A stretch of DNA of 64,000 nt. It comes from Actinomycetota bacterium. Its GTDB lineage: Bacteria; Actinomycetota; CADDZG01; WHSQ01. The stretch spans positions 48,393-112,392 of the forward strand of contig JBPCNH010000023.1 of the NCBI GenBank assembly GCA_051001455.1, written 5' to 3'. Shown here piece by piece: positions 63,263-64,000 of the stretch. Numbering within the stretch: position 1 is the first letter of the stretch; each line of letters opens with the position of its first letter. Both the position numbers and the translations under genes were made by a program. The notes under the pieces are model-generated. The model did no database searches, had not been told where the DNA came from, and worked only from the letters and a program-made list of their open reading frames with translations.

Positions 63263-63344
63263 CGCTGCTTCCTGCCTTCAGGTCCGGAGCCCCTCGCTGC
63301 TTCCTGCCTTCAGGGGCAGAACACCGCTGCTTCCTGCCTTCAGG
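63263..63344. repeat. Three direct copies of a 20-mer
   Basis: CGCTGCTTCCTGCCTTCAGG at 63263, 63295 and 63325 (periods 32 and 30 nt). The spacers are themselves pairwise repeated (CCGGAGCCC.., GGCAGAACAC). Lies 100-180 bp upstream of the ECF sigma start. Confidence 0.9.
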
Positions 63345-63446
63345 GGGCAGAACACCGCCGGAGTGCCTGTTCTGCTTGAGATTACTGATCCACAACTACG
63401 CCGTGGGAGGCAGGAAATCGCACGTCGTGGGCGTACATCTTCATCA

Positions 63447-64000
63447 ATGGCCGACACAGGCAACGATCCCGCCGGCAGGTCCGACAAGGACCTCACCGTC
63501 GCCTTCCAGCACGGGGACGACGGCGCGTTCGACGCCATCTACAGCCGCCATCACGACCGGGTAAGAGCGACCTGCCACAAATTGCTCCGCAACGCTTCCG
63601 AGGCAGAGGAAGCCACCCAGGAAACCTTCCTACGCTGTTACCGCAGCCTCGGGCGCTTCAACGGGCAATATCAACTCGGCGCATGGATGGCCCGCATCGC
63701 CACGAATGTCAGCCTGGATCTGCTGAGAGCCCGCTCCAGGGCAATCGCACTTTCGGGGGTCCCCGTCGAGGAGATCGAACTCGAGCACGCCGGCAAAGCC
63801 GTGGACGACACGGTCGAGGACACCATGCAGGTGACCCAGGCCCTCGGAGGCATCCAGCCCCTGCACGCCGAAGCCCTCTATCTCAGAGCCATCGAGGGCC
63901 TCTCTCACGAAGAGATGGCCGGACGGCTGGCCATGAGCCCCCAACAGGTGAAGTCGCTGCTGCACCGCTCTCGTAGCTCTTTCCGCCGGGTGTGGGACAC
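63447..64000 (+). CDS. ECF-type sigma-70 family factor (3' end beyond window)
   Basis: My translation is MADTGNDPAGRSDKDLTVAFQHGDDGAFDAIYSRHHDRV...EEATQETFLRCYRSLGRF..GAWMARIATNVSLDLLR...LHAEALYLRAIEGLSHEEMAGRLAMSPQQVKSLLHRSR. No stop occurs before the window end, so it is absent from the ORF track. Confidence 0.8.
   Translation, partial: MADTGNDPAGRSDKDLTVAFQHGDDGAFDAIYSRHHDRVRATCHKLLRNASEAEEATQETFLRCYRSLGRFNGQYQLGAWMARIATNVSLDLLRARSRAIALSGVPVEEIELEHAGKAVDDTVEDTMQVTQALGGIQPLHAEALYLRAIEGLSHEEMAGRLAMSPQQVKSLLHRSRSSFRRVWD

Noticed and set aside
63263-63344. CRISPR array (also considered for 44818-44897).
   Set aside because: There are only 2-3 repeats of 20-33 bp with 10-12-nt or no spacers, the spacers are themselves repeated, and no cas genes are in the window.

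Overview
High-GC (roughly 65-70% by eye) chromosomal segment. It looks actinobacterial: topA-tmk(MFS fusion)-holB order, a Rv3654c-Rv3660c-type Tad-like 'helicase/secretion neighbourhood' cluster with a divergent HAD-IB gene, trkA pair + OB-fold + APC permease block. I support about 65 CDS, one tRNA (tRNA-Sec, anticodon UCA) and no rRNA, CRISPR array or intact IS/integrase. Family calls come from motif recognition by eye; no BLAST or HMM search was run.

Main non-routine observations:
1. A family of about 50-nt nested-palindrome repeats (5 clear copies, all in one orientation, intergenic or at the edge of a gene). Two copies supply the stop codon and the last codons of unrelated genes.
2. A 7.1-kb segment bounded by a perfect 29-bp direct repeat of the tRNA-Sec 3' end. 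It carries tatA/B/C, two Tat-signal ferritin-like proteins, a sortase, a cupredoxin lipoprotein and an ECF sigma paired with an unusual GAF-ANTAR-TM-RskA fusion.
3. Three tandem paralogous Cys-containing secreted proteins of unrecognised family, next to an LVIVD beta-propeller protein.
4. A mazEF-like cassette flanked by two diverged 3' remnants of a thermonuclease-like gene.
5. A 1667-aa Ser/Thr-kinase(NFG variant)-STAND ATPase-TPR-GAF-histidine kinase fusion with a stand-alone receiver.
6. A Firmicutes-type SigH/Spo0H-like sigma factor.
7. A TadE-like pseudopilin fused to an M15 peptidase.
8. Several short tandem repeat arrays in promoter regions.

Many long alternate-frame ORFs in the six-frame track are high-GC artefacts and were rejected.
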